Source: an uncultured Verrucomicrobiae bacterium (lineage in GTDB: Bacteria; Verrucomicrobiota; Verrucomicrobiia; Limisphaerales; Palsa-1400). From it: a stretch of DNA of 64,000 bases. The stretch is from the NCBI GenBank assembly GCA_963702845.1, contig OY969763.1:2048001-2112000 (forward strand). Direction: 5' to 3'. Of the stretch, positions 52,763 through 61,763 are shown one piece after another. The notes under the pieces were generated by a model. The model was not told the origin of the DNA and made no database searches. It was given only the letters and a program-made list of their open reading frames with translations. Within the stretch, counting starts at the first letter, position 1. Each line of letters opens with the position of its first letter. The position numbers and the translations under genes were made by a program.

Positions 52763-53158
52763 ATGGGATTATTGGATACAGTCATCGGCAAACAGGCCAC
52801 AGGCGATCAGGGTGGTCTGGCAAGCAGCGTCATGCACCTGTTGACTGAAGGCGGGGGCGGCGGCTTAAACGGCCTGGTGCAGTCCTTTGAATCGCAGGGC
52901 CTGGGTCAAATCGTTTCGTCCTGGGTTGGCAAAGGAGAAAATAAGCCGATCTCACCGGACGAGGTCGAACAGGGTCTGGGATCCGAGCGCCTTCAGCATA
53001 TTGCAGGTCATTCGGGGATTCCCGTTGAAGATGTCAAAGCGGCTCTCGCCAATATACTTCCGGGCCTCATTGACAAACTCACACCGGACGGCAAGGTGCC
53101 CGAAGGCGGATTATTAGAAAAGGCACTATCCATCCTGAAGACGCGGACCGCGAGCTGA
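52763..53158 (+). CDS. YidB family protein
   Basis: GGLNGLVQSF...GLG.IVSSWVG.GEN.PISP...LP..IDKLTPDG. Confidence 0.88.
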   Translation: MGLLDTVIGKQATGDQGGLASSVMHLLTEGGGGGLNGLVQSFESQGLGQIVSSWVGKGENKPISPDEVEQGLGSERLQHIAGHSGIPVEDVKAALANILPGLIDKLTPDGKVPEGGLLEKALSILKTRTAS

Positions 53159-53192
53159 AAGTCGACGCGAGAATGGTTATTGGCCCATACTG

Positions 53193-53320
53193 TTATTTCA
53201 CCTTCTCGATGTCGCCGGGTTTCCAGGTCTTGTTGATGGCGGCTTCTGTCGGACTATAGAGTCGGAGGATGGCGAAATATCCTTTGCCGGGAACGGTTGC
53301 CACCAGTTGTCTTCCTCATC
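53193..53320 (-). pseudogene. C-terminal remnant of a DUF1254/DUF1214-family gene
   Basis: Minus strand encodes ...DNW/ATVPGKGYFAILRLYSPTEAAINKTWKPGDIEKVK*, the typical DUF1214 C-terminus, with no upstream body. Confidence 0.7.
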
Positions 53321-53384
53321 GGGTTCGTCCTAAAGTGCTTGGTGAGCAATTGCTGGAAAACTTTCAGCCGTTCCATCAAGCTGT

Positions 53385-55100
53385 TTATCCGTAGCGGTGC
53401 GATCGGCCCTCGATCAACCCTTGTAGAAGCGATTTCGCAGGGACAACTTCCGGATTGCGGCGTGGAAGGCGAATCCAGAATCGACTACCTTTGCCGGGCT
53501 CGGATTCAACACCGAAGCTTCCGCCCATCCGCTCCATGGCTTTCGCCACAACGGCGAGCCCCACGCCAGTGCCCTCATAATCGGAAGCAACCCGCTCGAA
53601 CAATTTAAAAATGCGCTCCTGTTGTTCTGGCTCGATGCCGATGCCGTTATCTTCCACCCAAAGTTTTACAAAGGAACCTTCCTGTTCGGCGCGAATGTTG
53701 ATGCTGGGAGTCCGCTCCCTGGGAACGAACTTAACCGCATTGGAAAGAAGATTACCGATGCACTGCCCGAGCAAGGTGGGATTGGCCTGCACATCCGGCA
53801 ACGGGGAATCGACATCGAAGCACCCTCGTTGTTCCGGCGGAAATTCGTTGACCAATTGATGCACCAATCGGTCAAGCGAGACTGTATTGATAGGGGATTC
53901 TGAACGCGACGCCCGGTTATAAGCCACAACGTCGTTCATCAAATTGTTCATGCGAGAAGCGGACACAGTTATCCGGTCCAAATACTCCTGCCCATCGGAA
54001 TCGATCTTGTCATGGTAATCTTCCTTTAACAGCTCGACAAAGCCAGTGATCGCCCGCAACGGGGCTTTCAAATCATGCGAGAGCGAGTGAGAAAAAACTT
54101 CCATCGACCGGTTGGCCTCGCGCAGTTCATGATTGGCCTGGCGCAATTCCGCTTCAACGACGTGACGCGCCCGGATTTCCTTGCGCAGCGAAAAAATCCA
54201 AAAAAGGAGCAGCGCACCGACAGCGGCCGCCGCCACGAGCAACTTCTTGATTCGCTCGTTTAGCAGGCCAACCCGCTGCGCTCCCTGCAGCTCGAACTGT
54301 AGATGTTTGCTGAAAATATCGTCTCTTTCATTGGTGGAAATCGTTTTCAGGCCCTTGTTCAAAATGCCTTGCAATACCGTGTCGGGACGTTTCATGACAA
54401 ACCGGAGAGGAAAGTCGAATTCAGCGATCAAACCGCAAATCTCCAGTTTGGCGCCCGGATGTTCTTCTAGATACTGGCTGGCTACGAAAAGATTCGCGAC
54501 CGCCACATCGGCCTTCCCCTTCGCGACCATCTCGAAGCAATCCGCTTGCGTGCCGGCCAAAATAATTTTGGCAGAGGGCAGCCGTGCGGCCAGCTCCTGT
54601 GTCTTAAGGTGCTTGCGCGGCATGGCAATTCGAGCCTGACGAAGCATTGAAACGTCAGCAAATCGATGACTGGCTTCGGGCCCAACAATGACGGTCTCAG
54701 ACTTGGAATACGGCTCGGTAAACACATAGCCTTCTTCCCGAACAGGTGACCATGACGCGCCGGTAACCAAATCCAACTGGATCTGTTTCGCCAGCGCAAA
54801 CACTCCTTCCCAGGAATTTGTGTGGACAATTTCAAACTTCAAGCCCGTACGGTCCGAGATCACTTGAAGAATATCGATGTCGATTCCGGTCGCCTTTCCA
54901 TCCGCTCCGAGATAGGAAAACGGTGGCCAATCGGTCGTGGTTCCGACGCGGAGGGTTGGGTGATGAACAATCCAATCCCGCTCTTCCTCCGATAAAACAA
55001 CCCGTTTATCAGTCGAACCTGGCAAAGCAAACGAGCTAGTTGTAGACAAAAACACCCCGACCCAGATCGTGATGACTAAACGCATAAACATCACTGTCAC
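53385..55100 (-). CDS. Histidine kinase with periplasmic PBP2 (BvgS/EvgS-like) sensor domain
   Basis: LSEEERDWI..HPTLRVG...WPPFSY, G.DID; then TM, SHDLKAPL, NLLSNAVKF, GTGVGL. Confidence 0.87.
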   Translation of the reverse strand: MTVMFMRLVITIWVGVFLSTTSSFALPGSTDKRVVLSEEERDWIVHHPTLRVGTTTDWPPFSYLGADGKATGIDIDILQVISDRTGLKFEIVHTNSWEGVFALAKQIQLDLVTGASWSPVREEGYVFTEPYSKSETVIVGPEASHRFADVSMLRQARIAMPRKHLKTQELAARLPSAKIILAGTQADCFEMVAKGKADVAVANLFVASQYLEEHPGAKLEICGLIAEFDFPLRFVMKRPDTVLQGILNKGLKTISTNERDDIFSKHLQFELQGAQRVGLLNERIKKLLVAAAAVGALLLFWIFSLRKEIRARHVVEAELRQANHELREANRSMEVFSHSLSHDLKAPLRAITGFVELLKEDYHDKIDSDGQEYLDRITVSASRMNNLMNDVVAYNRASRSESPINTVSLDRLVHQLVNEFPPEQRGCFDVDSPLPDVQANPTLLGQCIGNLLSNAVKFVPRERTPSINIRAEQEGSFVKLWVEDNGIGIEPEQQERIFKLFERVASDYEGTGVGLAVVAKAMERMGGSFGVESEPGKGSRFWIRLPRRNPEVVPAKSLLQGLIEGRSHRYG

Positions 55101-55246
55101 AACTTCCCACCGCTTGCGCTTGGTTCAAAGTGGTAAAGCAGGCTAGGCGTCCCCTCTAGTGAACAGACATGCGTTCTCTGGCCGCTCTCGGCATTGTTCT
55201 TAAAAGTGTTCCGGCGTTTTGCACCGACATGACACTTCACTCGCCT

Positions 55247-55636
55247 TCATTGGCCCAACAACGTAATGAACCAAATAAAAATTAAGGCAAAAATAACGAG
55301 ACCAACCGTCGTCACCGCATTTCCAACTCTGCACACGCGTTTGAACTTCGAATATATCTGCGCGGCCTGTTCATCTACCGGTACCCAGCGAGGGCATGAA
55401 GACGCCCATTCGCGATTCAGTTCCGATCTGGCCCAGCTACCGGCCCATAAACTTGCCGCCGGTGGAACCCAAAAGAAGCCAATTGGGCAACCGTCCCTTT
55501 GCCATTCCTCTCGATGCAGGGCAAACTGAATGCGCAGCAATAAGTCAAAATAATAGAAACCCGCCATGCTGGCAGCGGTACCAAAAACGAAGGAGATCCC
55601 TGGAAGGGAAATGATAACAATGGTCAGGACACTCAT
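55247..55636 (-). CDS. Small two-TM hypothetical protein
   Basis: N- and C-terminal hydrophobic helices around a Trp-rich loop. Confidence 0.55.
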   Translation of the reverse strand: MSVLTIVIISLPGISFVFGTAASMAGFYYFDLLLRIQFALHREEWQRDGCPIGFFWVPPAASLWAGSWARSELNREWASSCPRWVPVDEQAAQIYSKFKRVCRVGNAVTTVGLVIFALIFIWFITLLGQ

Positions 55637-55734
55637 TAACAGTTGTATTACGCAACCGAATCGTTGGATATCGCTGTTATGGTCTTAAACTGACGTTTTT
55701 CCAGTGTCGAGGTTAAGCTTCTCTTGTCGATCAA

Positions 55735-55780
55735 CTCTGCGGTGCAGGGTTCGTGCGACCGGCCAACTCATTCCGGTGGA
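55735..55780. repeat. 46-bp direct repeat, copy 1
   Basis: ctctgcggtgcagggttcgtgcgaccggccaactcattccggtgga, identical to 56520-56565. Confidence 0.92.
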
Positions 55781-55796
55781 TTAAGCGTTTAGAGGC

Positions 55797-56303
55797 TTAA
55801 AGCTTTTCCTGAAGTTCGATCTTAAGCGCTTGAATTTTCGTTGTTTCACTGTGCACCACCAAATCTCCTTTCGCCTGCCATTCATCTGCCTTTTGCGAAT
55901 ACGGCAGCGCTCGCTTCAAAAAATCCAACGCAACCTCAGGCGAACCTTCCGCCGCGTGCACGCGCCCGATCTCGTAATAGCAACTGGCACGCATATTGTC
56001 TCGGGTCCAAAGAACAAGAAAATCCTTTGCAGGGTCGCGCTCGCTTTCCTGCTCTAAAAGCTCAAGTGCGCGAGCAAAACATCCGATTCGTTCCTTTCCC
56101 ATCTCCATCCAAACTCCCAGCGTGTGCCAGCAAAGCGATGCTTCGAATCCATTCTCCGCGGCTTCTTTGACAGCTTGCCGATAATTCTCCGTGTGATGGC
56201 GCCGCATCACTTCATCCTTCGTCTCATGACAAGCCGTCATCTGTTGCACAAACGCAACCATCGCCAGACCGAGCCGCCGATTGACTGGTTCTTCATCCGC
56301 CAT
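55797..56303 (-). CDS. TPR-like hypothetical protein
   Basis: CWHTLG...FARALEL and CYYEIG.VH...G....AL.FLKRAL helical repeats; start at MADEE. Confidence 0.65.
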   Translation of the reverse strand: MADEEPVNRRLGLAMVAFVQQMTACHETKDEVMRRHHTENYRQAVKEAAENGFEASLCWHTLGVWMEMGKERIGCFARALELLEQESERDPAKDFLVLWTRDNMRASCYYEIGRVHAAEGSPEVALDFLKRALPYSQKADEWQAKGDLVVHSETTKIQALKIELQEKL

Positions 56304-56519
56304 CGCACAATTCAAAACCGAGCAAAAAGCCGATACAAGGAAAGAGATGGCTGGAATGTTACTTTTGCACAACTGGTTTCGAGCAACCAGCGCGCAAACA
56401 ATACGAATTGCGGACAACCGTTCCCGAGCAGTGACCGAATACTGAGGGAATTCTGACGAATAGTGATTTTTCACCTTGAAAAGTTTCCCCAAAAATCCGA
56501 AATTCTCCCTGTCAAACAG

Positions 56520-56565
56520 CTCTGCGGTGCAGGGTTCGTGCGACCGGCCAACTCATTCCGGTGGA
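56520..56565. repeat. 46-bp direct repeat, copy 2
   Basis: Identical to 55735-55780. Confidence 0.92.
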
Positions 56566-56810
56566 ATGCAGCGCCCCCGCCATTCGGGCCTTTCTCGGTG
56601 AGAGAGGGTTTATGCGAATGCGTGAAAACGCGTCCGCGATATAACTCAAAACTCTAAAATCCTAAGAATCCTAAGAACTCGTCAGTGAACGCTTGTCGTT
56701 CGCCGACACAACATGCCGGTTTGGCAGTTGCAGAATGTCGTAGCCACGTGTGCATTTGCACCTCTCGGTGGCCGTTCATGCTTCGCCCAAGCCGACGAGA
56801 AAGGTTAGCA

Positions 56811-57182
56811 ATGCACTCAACAGACACTAAGTCCAAGTTCCTCGAGTTCCGCGGCAAAGGCTGGAGCCTTGCCCGCATCGCTAAACAAATCGATGTTAGC
56901 GTCCGCATCTTGGCCGACTGGAACCAGCAACACCGCCAGGAAATACGCACGCTCCGCGCCATCGAGATCGAAGCTCTTCAGGAAAAGTTTCTCGCCACCC
57001 ACGAGCAGGAACTCAGTTCTCTCACCGCCCAACTCCAGCGCATCGAGCAAGCGATCGGCGACAGCAAACTCCAATTCGTCGAAACTAAAGACTTATTCCG
57101 ACTGGCTGACGTGACCCGCGCCGAAATCCGCAAAGTCATCATACCCACGGAGCCGGATGATAAATCGCATGCACAAAACTAA
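56811..57182 (+). CDS. Helix-turn-helix plus coiled-coil protein
   Basis: KFLEFRGKGWSLARIAKQIDVSVRILADW HTH pattern; RBS GAAAGG. Confidence 0.7.
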   Translation: MHSTDTKSKFLEFRGKGWSLARIAKQIDVSVRILADWNQQHRQEIRTLRAIEIEALQEKFLATHEQELSSLTAQLQRIEQAIGDSKLQFVETKDLFRLADVTRAEIRKVIIPTEPDDKSHAQN

Positions 57183-57184
57183 AA

Positions 57185-57502
57185 TTGCATCGTTTCTGCA
57201 TCATTTTTGCATCATTTCCAAAATGGAGGCCGTTACAAAGTGCAACGGCGGCAACGGTTGGTCACATTCGGTCACGTTCAGTCATCTTTGGTCACGTGTA
57301 CCATTGGCTCGCCTCCTTCTTGTCGCGCCGGAGCGCCGCGCGAAGGCGGACGCGCCCGTCGCGCGAAATCCCTTACCGGTCAAATTCGGTAAAGAAACGG
57401 TAAAGAAATGGTAAAGTTTTACCCCCTCAGAAATGTGAACACTGATAAGAACGAAAAGGTAGTGCTTCCGAAAAAATCTAAAAAAGGTAATCAGAAGTAA
57501 TC
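57185..57502. repeat. Cluster of different 10-11-bp tandem repeats
   Basis: (t/c)tgcatc(g/a)ttt x3, ggtcac-n4 x4, ggtaaag-n4 x3, gtaatc x2. Confidence 0.8.
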
Positions 57503-57571
57503 TCCTGCCCATGAACACAGCGATAGCGCTAAGCCGCTTGCTGAGACGCGCCGCTCTGTTAACCTGTGCGC

Positions 57572-58258
57572 ATGTTCAAGCCGGGCGATTTATTCGACCT
57601 TACCCAAACCGCGCATCGCGACCTCTTTGAAGGTTGCGAATTCGCCTGGGAGGTGTTGCCCAAAATCTCGGCCTACATCGCTTCTCATATTCAACCCGCG
57701 TTGCACAACAGTTGCGAGGGGCGTGCTTTCATCGGTGAGAAAGTTTACATTGGCAAAGGAACGGTCGTCGAAGATGGCGCGATGATTAAAGGTCCGGCGA
57801 TCATCGGCGAGAATTGCCAGATTCGTCACAATGCTTATATCCGCGAGGACGTTATCATCGGCAACGACTGTAACGTGGGTAACTCATGCGAACTGAAGAA
57901 CTGCGTTTTATTCAACAACGCCCAGGTGCCGCACTTCAATTACGTCGGTGACTCGATCCTCGGTTACAAAGCGCATCTTGGTGCGGGTGTAAAAATTTCG
58001 AATTTCAAACTGTTCCACGACAACATCGTCATCGACGTCGACGGCAAACCATTCGATACCGGACTCCGCAAATTTGGTGCCTTGCTTGGCGATGAGGCCG
58101 AAGTCGGCTGCAACGCTGTGTTGAGCCCCGGTAGCGTGATAGGCCGACGCTCCGTTATTTACGCCAACGTCGTTTGGCGCGGAATTTTGCCAGCCGACAT
58201 GATCGTTAAAAACAAAGCGACGCAGGAAATCGTGGAACGCCGAATTCGCACCCCTTAG
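57572..58258 (+). CDS. GlmU-related left-handed beta-helix acetyltransferase
   Basis: Hexapeptide repeats, GNSCELKN, PHFNYVGDSILG, RKFGA.LGD. Confidence 0.85.
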   Translation: MFKPGDLFDLTQTAHRDLFEGCEFAWEVLPKISAYIASHIQPALHNSCEGRAFIGEKVYIGKGTVVEDGAMIKGPAIIGENCQIRHNAYIREDVIIGNDCNVGNSCELKNCVLFNNAQVPHFNYVGDSILGYKAHLGAGVKISNFKLFHDNIVIDVDGKPFDTGLRKFGALLGDEAEVGCNAVLSPGSVIGRRSVIYANVVWRGILPADMIVKNKATQEIVERRIRTP

Positions 58259-58269
58259 CAAACGTCACG

Positions 58270-60330
58270 ATGATAGGCTTTGTTGATCCAGAACCCGCCG
58301 GCGCCGCCAGCACTCTCATCGCTGATGTGGAGAAAATCTTTTCTCCCGACGGCATTTTGTCGAAGTCGCGCAATTTTGAATATCGCCCGCAACAACAGGA
58401 GATGGCGGTTGCCGCGGCGCGCGCTCTGGAGAATAAAGAGCACTTGGTTGTGGAAGCCGGAACCGGTGTCGGCAAGAGCCTCGCATACCTGATTCCATCT
58501 ATTTTGTTCGCGATCGGTCACGGCAAAAAAGCCGTCATTTCCACGCACACAATTAATTTGCAGGAACAGCTCATCGAAAAAGACCTGCCGATGCTCGCGA
58601 AAATTCTGCCGGTCGAATTCAAATTTATCATGGTGAAGGGGAGGCATAATTATTTGTGTACCCGCCGGCTTCAACGGGCTATGCAGCAGGCCGGTTCATT
58701 GTTTACGTCACCCGAGCACCGCGAATTGGAACGCATTTACGAATGGTCCAAGAAAACTACCGACGGAAGCCTCTCGGATTTCGAAATCGAACCTGATCCG
58801 AAAGTCTGGTCGCACGTGTGTTCGGAACGCGGTCTGTGTTCACCGAAACGGTGCGGGCACGAATCCGATTTGGCGAAGGAAGATCGCGTCTGTTTTTTTC
58901 AACGCGTTCGCAGCCAGATTCTCGGTGCCGACGTCATCGTCCTGAATCACACCTTATTCTTCATGCATCTCGGCGGGATCGATGAAGAGGCCGAAGGTGG
59001 AATTCTCTTCAAGAACGATTTCGTTGTTTTCGATGAAGCGCACACCGTCGAAAAAGTCGCATCCAAACACATCGGCATCGGCGTATCGGATGCGCAGTTG
59101 CGTTACACGATCAATCGCCTCTGGAATCCCCAGACGCAAAAGGGCCTCTTGGGAATAATGAATCGCGGCCCGATTCAACTTATCGGTGAAGTGCTGGACG
59201 AAAGTGAAAAGTTTTTCGCAACCGTCGAGGCAACGTGCGAAGAAATGTCCGGCGAGAACGGCAAACGAGGGCCGAGACCACCGCGTTGGTCTGAGTTGCG
59301 AATCCGCCGCCCAGATCTCGTTGAGGACAACATCACGCTGCCTCTCCAGCGCCTTCGCGAAAGCATCAGCGAGTTGGTGAAAACCAGCGAGGACAAAGAG
59401 ACCGGGCAGGAATTGCAGGAGTGCAATCGCCGCCTCGCCGAACTGCGCGAAGGCATTTCCCATTTTTTGCGGCACGATACCAAAGACCATGTCTATTGGG
59501 TTGAGCGTTCCGGAAAAACGCAAAGGACCATCGCACTGAATGCTGCGCCGGTAAACGTGTCCGGTTTCCTGCGCCAACGTCTATTCGGGTCAGACACATC
59601 TGTCGTTATGACCAGCGCGACCATGGCGGTTTCGCAAAAAGAAGGCAGCGCCTCAGCCGGTCTTGACTACTTCGCCAAACAGGTCGGGGGAGAGAGTGCC
59701 ACGCTGTTGCAAGTCGGTTCGCCCTTCGATTACGAAAAGCAGATGACTGTTTACGTCGCAGGCAAAATGCCGGACCCGCGCGAACCCGCTTACGAAGCGC
59801 AACTGATTCATTGGATTGAGCACTTCGTCGAGAAGACTCACGGCAAAGCCTTCGTCCTGTTCACGAATTTCAAATTGATGTTGAAGGTGGCTGATGAGAT
59901 GCAAGATTTCTTCCGCGATCTCGGCGTGGAATGTTTCGTGCAAGGTAAAGGTGTGCCGCGTTCGCTCATGCTCGAAAAGTTCAAGCGCGACGTTGATTCC
60001 GTCCTGTTCGGCACCGACAGTTTTTGGCAAGGCGTCGATGTCCCCGGTGAAGCGCTCTCCAATGTCATTATCACCCGGCTGCCTTTTGCCGTGCCTGACC
60101 ACCCACTTATTGAAGCACGAATCGAAGCCATCGAAGCGCGCGGCGGTAATTCGTTCATGGAATTTTCGCTCCCTGAAGCGATCCTGAAATTCCGCCAGGG
60201 CGTTGGTCGTTTGATCCGTACGAAAACTGACAAAGGCATCGTCGTAGTTCTCGACAATCGCGTCTTAACGAAGAAATACGGTCAGGCCTTTCTGGATTCC
60301 GTGCCGAAATGCCCGGTCGAAATTGTCTGA
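58270..60330 (+). CDS. DinG/YoaA-family ATP-dependent DNA helicase
   Basis: EAGTGVGKS, LQEQL, KGRHNYLC, DEAH, TSAT, FWQGVDVPG, QGVGRLIR. Confidence 0.92.
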   Translation: MIGFVDPEPAGAASTLIADVEKIFSPDGILSKSRNFEYRPQQQEMAVAAARALENKEHLVVEAGTGVGKSLAYLIPSILFAIGHGKKAVISTHTINLQEQLIEKDLPMLAKILPVEFKFIMVKGRHNYLCTRRLQRAMQQAGSLFTSPEHRELERIYEWSKKTTDGSLSDFEIEPDPKVWSHVCSERGLCSPKRCGHESDLAKEDRVCFFQRVRSQILGADVIVLNHTLFFMHLGGIDEEAEGGILFKNDFVVFDEAHTVEKVASKHIGIGVSDAQLRYTINRLWNPQTQKGLLGIMNRGPIQLIGEVLDESEKFFATVEATCEEMSGENGKRGPRPPRWSELRIRRPDLVEDNITLPLQRLRESISELVKTSEDKETGQELQECNRRLAELREGISHFLRHDTKDHVYWVERSGKTQRTIALNAAPVNVSGFLRQRLFGSDTSVVMTSATMAVSQKEGSASAGLDYFAKQVGGESATLLQVGSPFDYEKQMTVYVAGKMPDPREPAYEAQLIHWIEHFVEKTHGKAFVLFTNFKLMLKVADEMQDFFRDLGVECFVQGKGVPRSLMLEKFKRDVDSVLFGTDSFWQGVDVPGEALSNVIITRLPFAVPDHPLIEARIEAIEARGGNSFMEFSLPEAILKFRQGVGRLIRTKTDKGIVVVLDNRVLTKKYGQAFLDSVPKCPVEIV

Positions 60331-60436
60331 GCTTGTCAAGCAGCAGAGGCTTACATCTGACCAAGGATTACTTACTAGCGGCCAATCCGCATATAACCCC
60401 TTGTCATCGCATGCCCATCTGGCACATCCTAGAATC

Positions 60437-60841
60437 ATGGCTGAGATAGCGAAATTTGTTCATCGAAATGCGGCGACGATTACGCCACGAGTTCTAAAAG
60501 GCATTCACAAAAAACTGCCGTTTCTAAAGCTCAAGTTCGCCGACATCAACGACCACAATTATCCGCACTTGTCGGACCAACTCGAATTTCTCGCCGACCT
60601 GGTCGAAGACGTGGCCGAAGGTATTGACGACGACATCCCGTATACTACGGTGGCCGCTGCGGCGTTCGCGTTGGTATATGCGCATCGCGAGATGGATTTG
60701 ATCCCGGACTCCGTTCCCGAATACGGCCACGCCGACGACTCCGCGGTAGTGCGCGCCGTTTTAATCGAGAACGAAAAAGTGCTCGCCGCCTACGCCGCGC
60801 GCCACAGCCTCAATTTCGAGCGCGTGTCTCTGAAACCCTGA
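60437..60841 (+). CDS. YkvA/DUF1232 family protein
   Basis: ALVY....DLIPD.VP..G.ADD. Confidence 0.75.
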   Translation: MAEIAKFVHRNAATITPRVLKGIHKKLPFLKLKFADINDHNYPHLSDQLEFLADLVEDVAEGIDDDIPYTTVAAAAFALVYAHREMDLIPDSVPEYGHADDSAVVRAVLIENEKVLAAYAARHSLNFERVSLKP

Positions 60842-60936
60842 GTTTCAGAATGATTTAGTGATGGAAGCAGCTTATACACTGCTTCTTTCATGTTTTTTTC
60901 TTCTTAATTTTCGTTTCTTAACTTTTAATTCATTCC

Positions 60937-61763
60937 GTGGATCAACGCCTGCGCAAATCCGGCATGTCGCACTCGACATGGACGGAACAATTTATAAGGG
61001 CTCAACCCTGTTTGATTTCAGCAAGCCATTCCTGGCTTCACTGAAGGGAATGGGAATTGGTTATACGTTTCTGACGAATAATCCGTCCAAAAGCGTTAAA
61101 GACTATTTGGCCAAACTCGCCGACTACGGAATCAACGCAACGCCGGACGAACTCTACACGTCTGCGCAAGCGACCATCGAATACCTGCGAACCCAATATC
61201 CGAAAGCTCACCGCATTTTCGTGTTAGGCACGGCCAGCATGTGCGAGGAGTTTGCCAAACATGGCTTTTACTTGTGCGAAGACAGTCCGAAGGATGAACC
61301 GGACCTGGTCGTTGTTGGTTTTGACATGACACTCAGCTACGCGCGCCTTTGTCGTGCGGCATGGTGGATAAGCAAAGGTAAGCCATTTATCGCTACAAAT
61401 CCTGACCGCGTTTGCCCAACAGATCAGCCTACGGTGTTGGTTGATTGCGGAGCCATTTGCGCCGCGTTGACCGAAGCGACTGGCCGCAAGCCCGACGCAG
61501 TCATGGGCAAACCCGATCCAACAATGCTCCGTGGAATCTTGGCAAAGCATTCACTCAAGCCCGACGAACTCGCGATGGTGGGCGATCGCATTTATACGGA
61601 CGTCGCGATGGGACACGCCGCTGGCGCGTTGGCCGTTCTTGTTCTGACTGGTGAGGCAACTGCTGACGATGCCAAAAACGCTTCCGAACCGCCGCATCTG
61701 ACCGTACCCAGCTTGAAGGAATTTGGTGAATATCTGCGAAAGGCACGCTCTTCGAAAACATGA
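60937..61763 (+). CDS. HAD-IIA (NagD-like) phosphatase; probable 1-nt indel just after the GTG start
   Basis: DMDGT, LTNN, ATNPD, GKP, MVGDR..TD. GTG at 60937 would read MDQRLRK then IRHVALDMDG after a one-base correction. Confidence 0.85.

Noticed and set aside
24998..57500. Integrative island inserted at tRNA-Arg
   Set aside because: No integrase or transposase and no duplicated tRNA 3' end were seen, and the tRNA 3' end points away from the accessory region.
55735..57502. CRISPR array or integron
   Set aside because: Only two long repeats, about 740 bp apart; the short arrays lack unique spacers; no cas or intI gene.
7082..61763. Frameshifts in smc, the EgtD-like gene, both aspT genes, MFP, porin, kinase and nagD read as pseudogenes or programmed frameshifting
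   Set aside because: They are scattered small indels in both core and accessory genes, with intact motifs on both sides and no shared slippery site, so sequencing error is the simplest explanation. Read mapping would settle it; real decay of the porin or aspT1 cannot be excluded.
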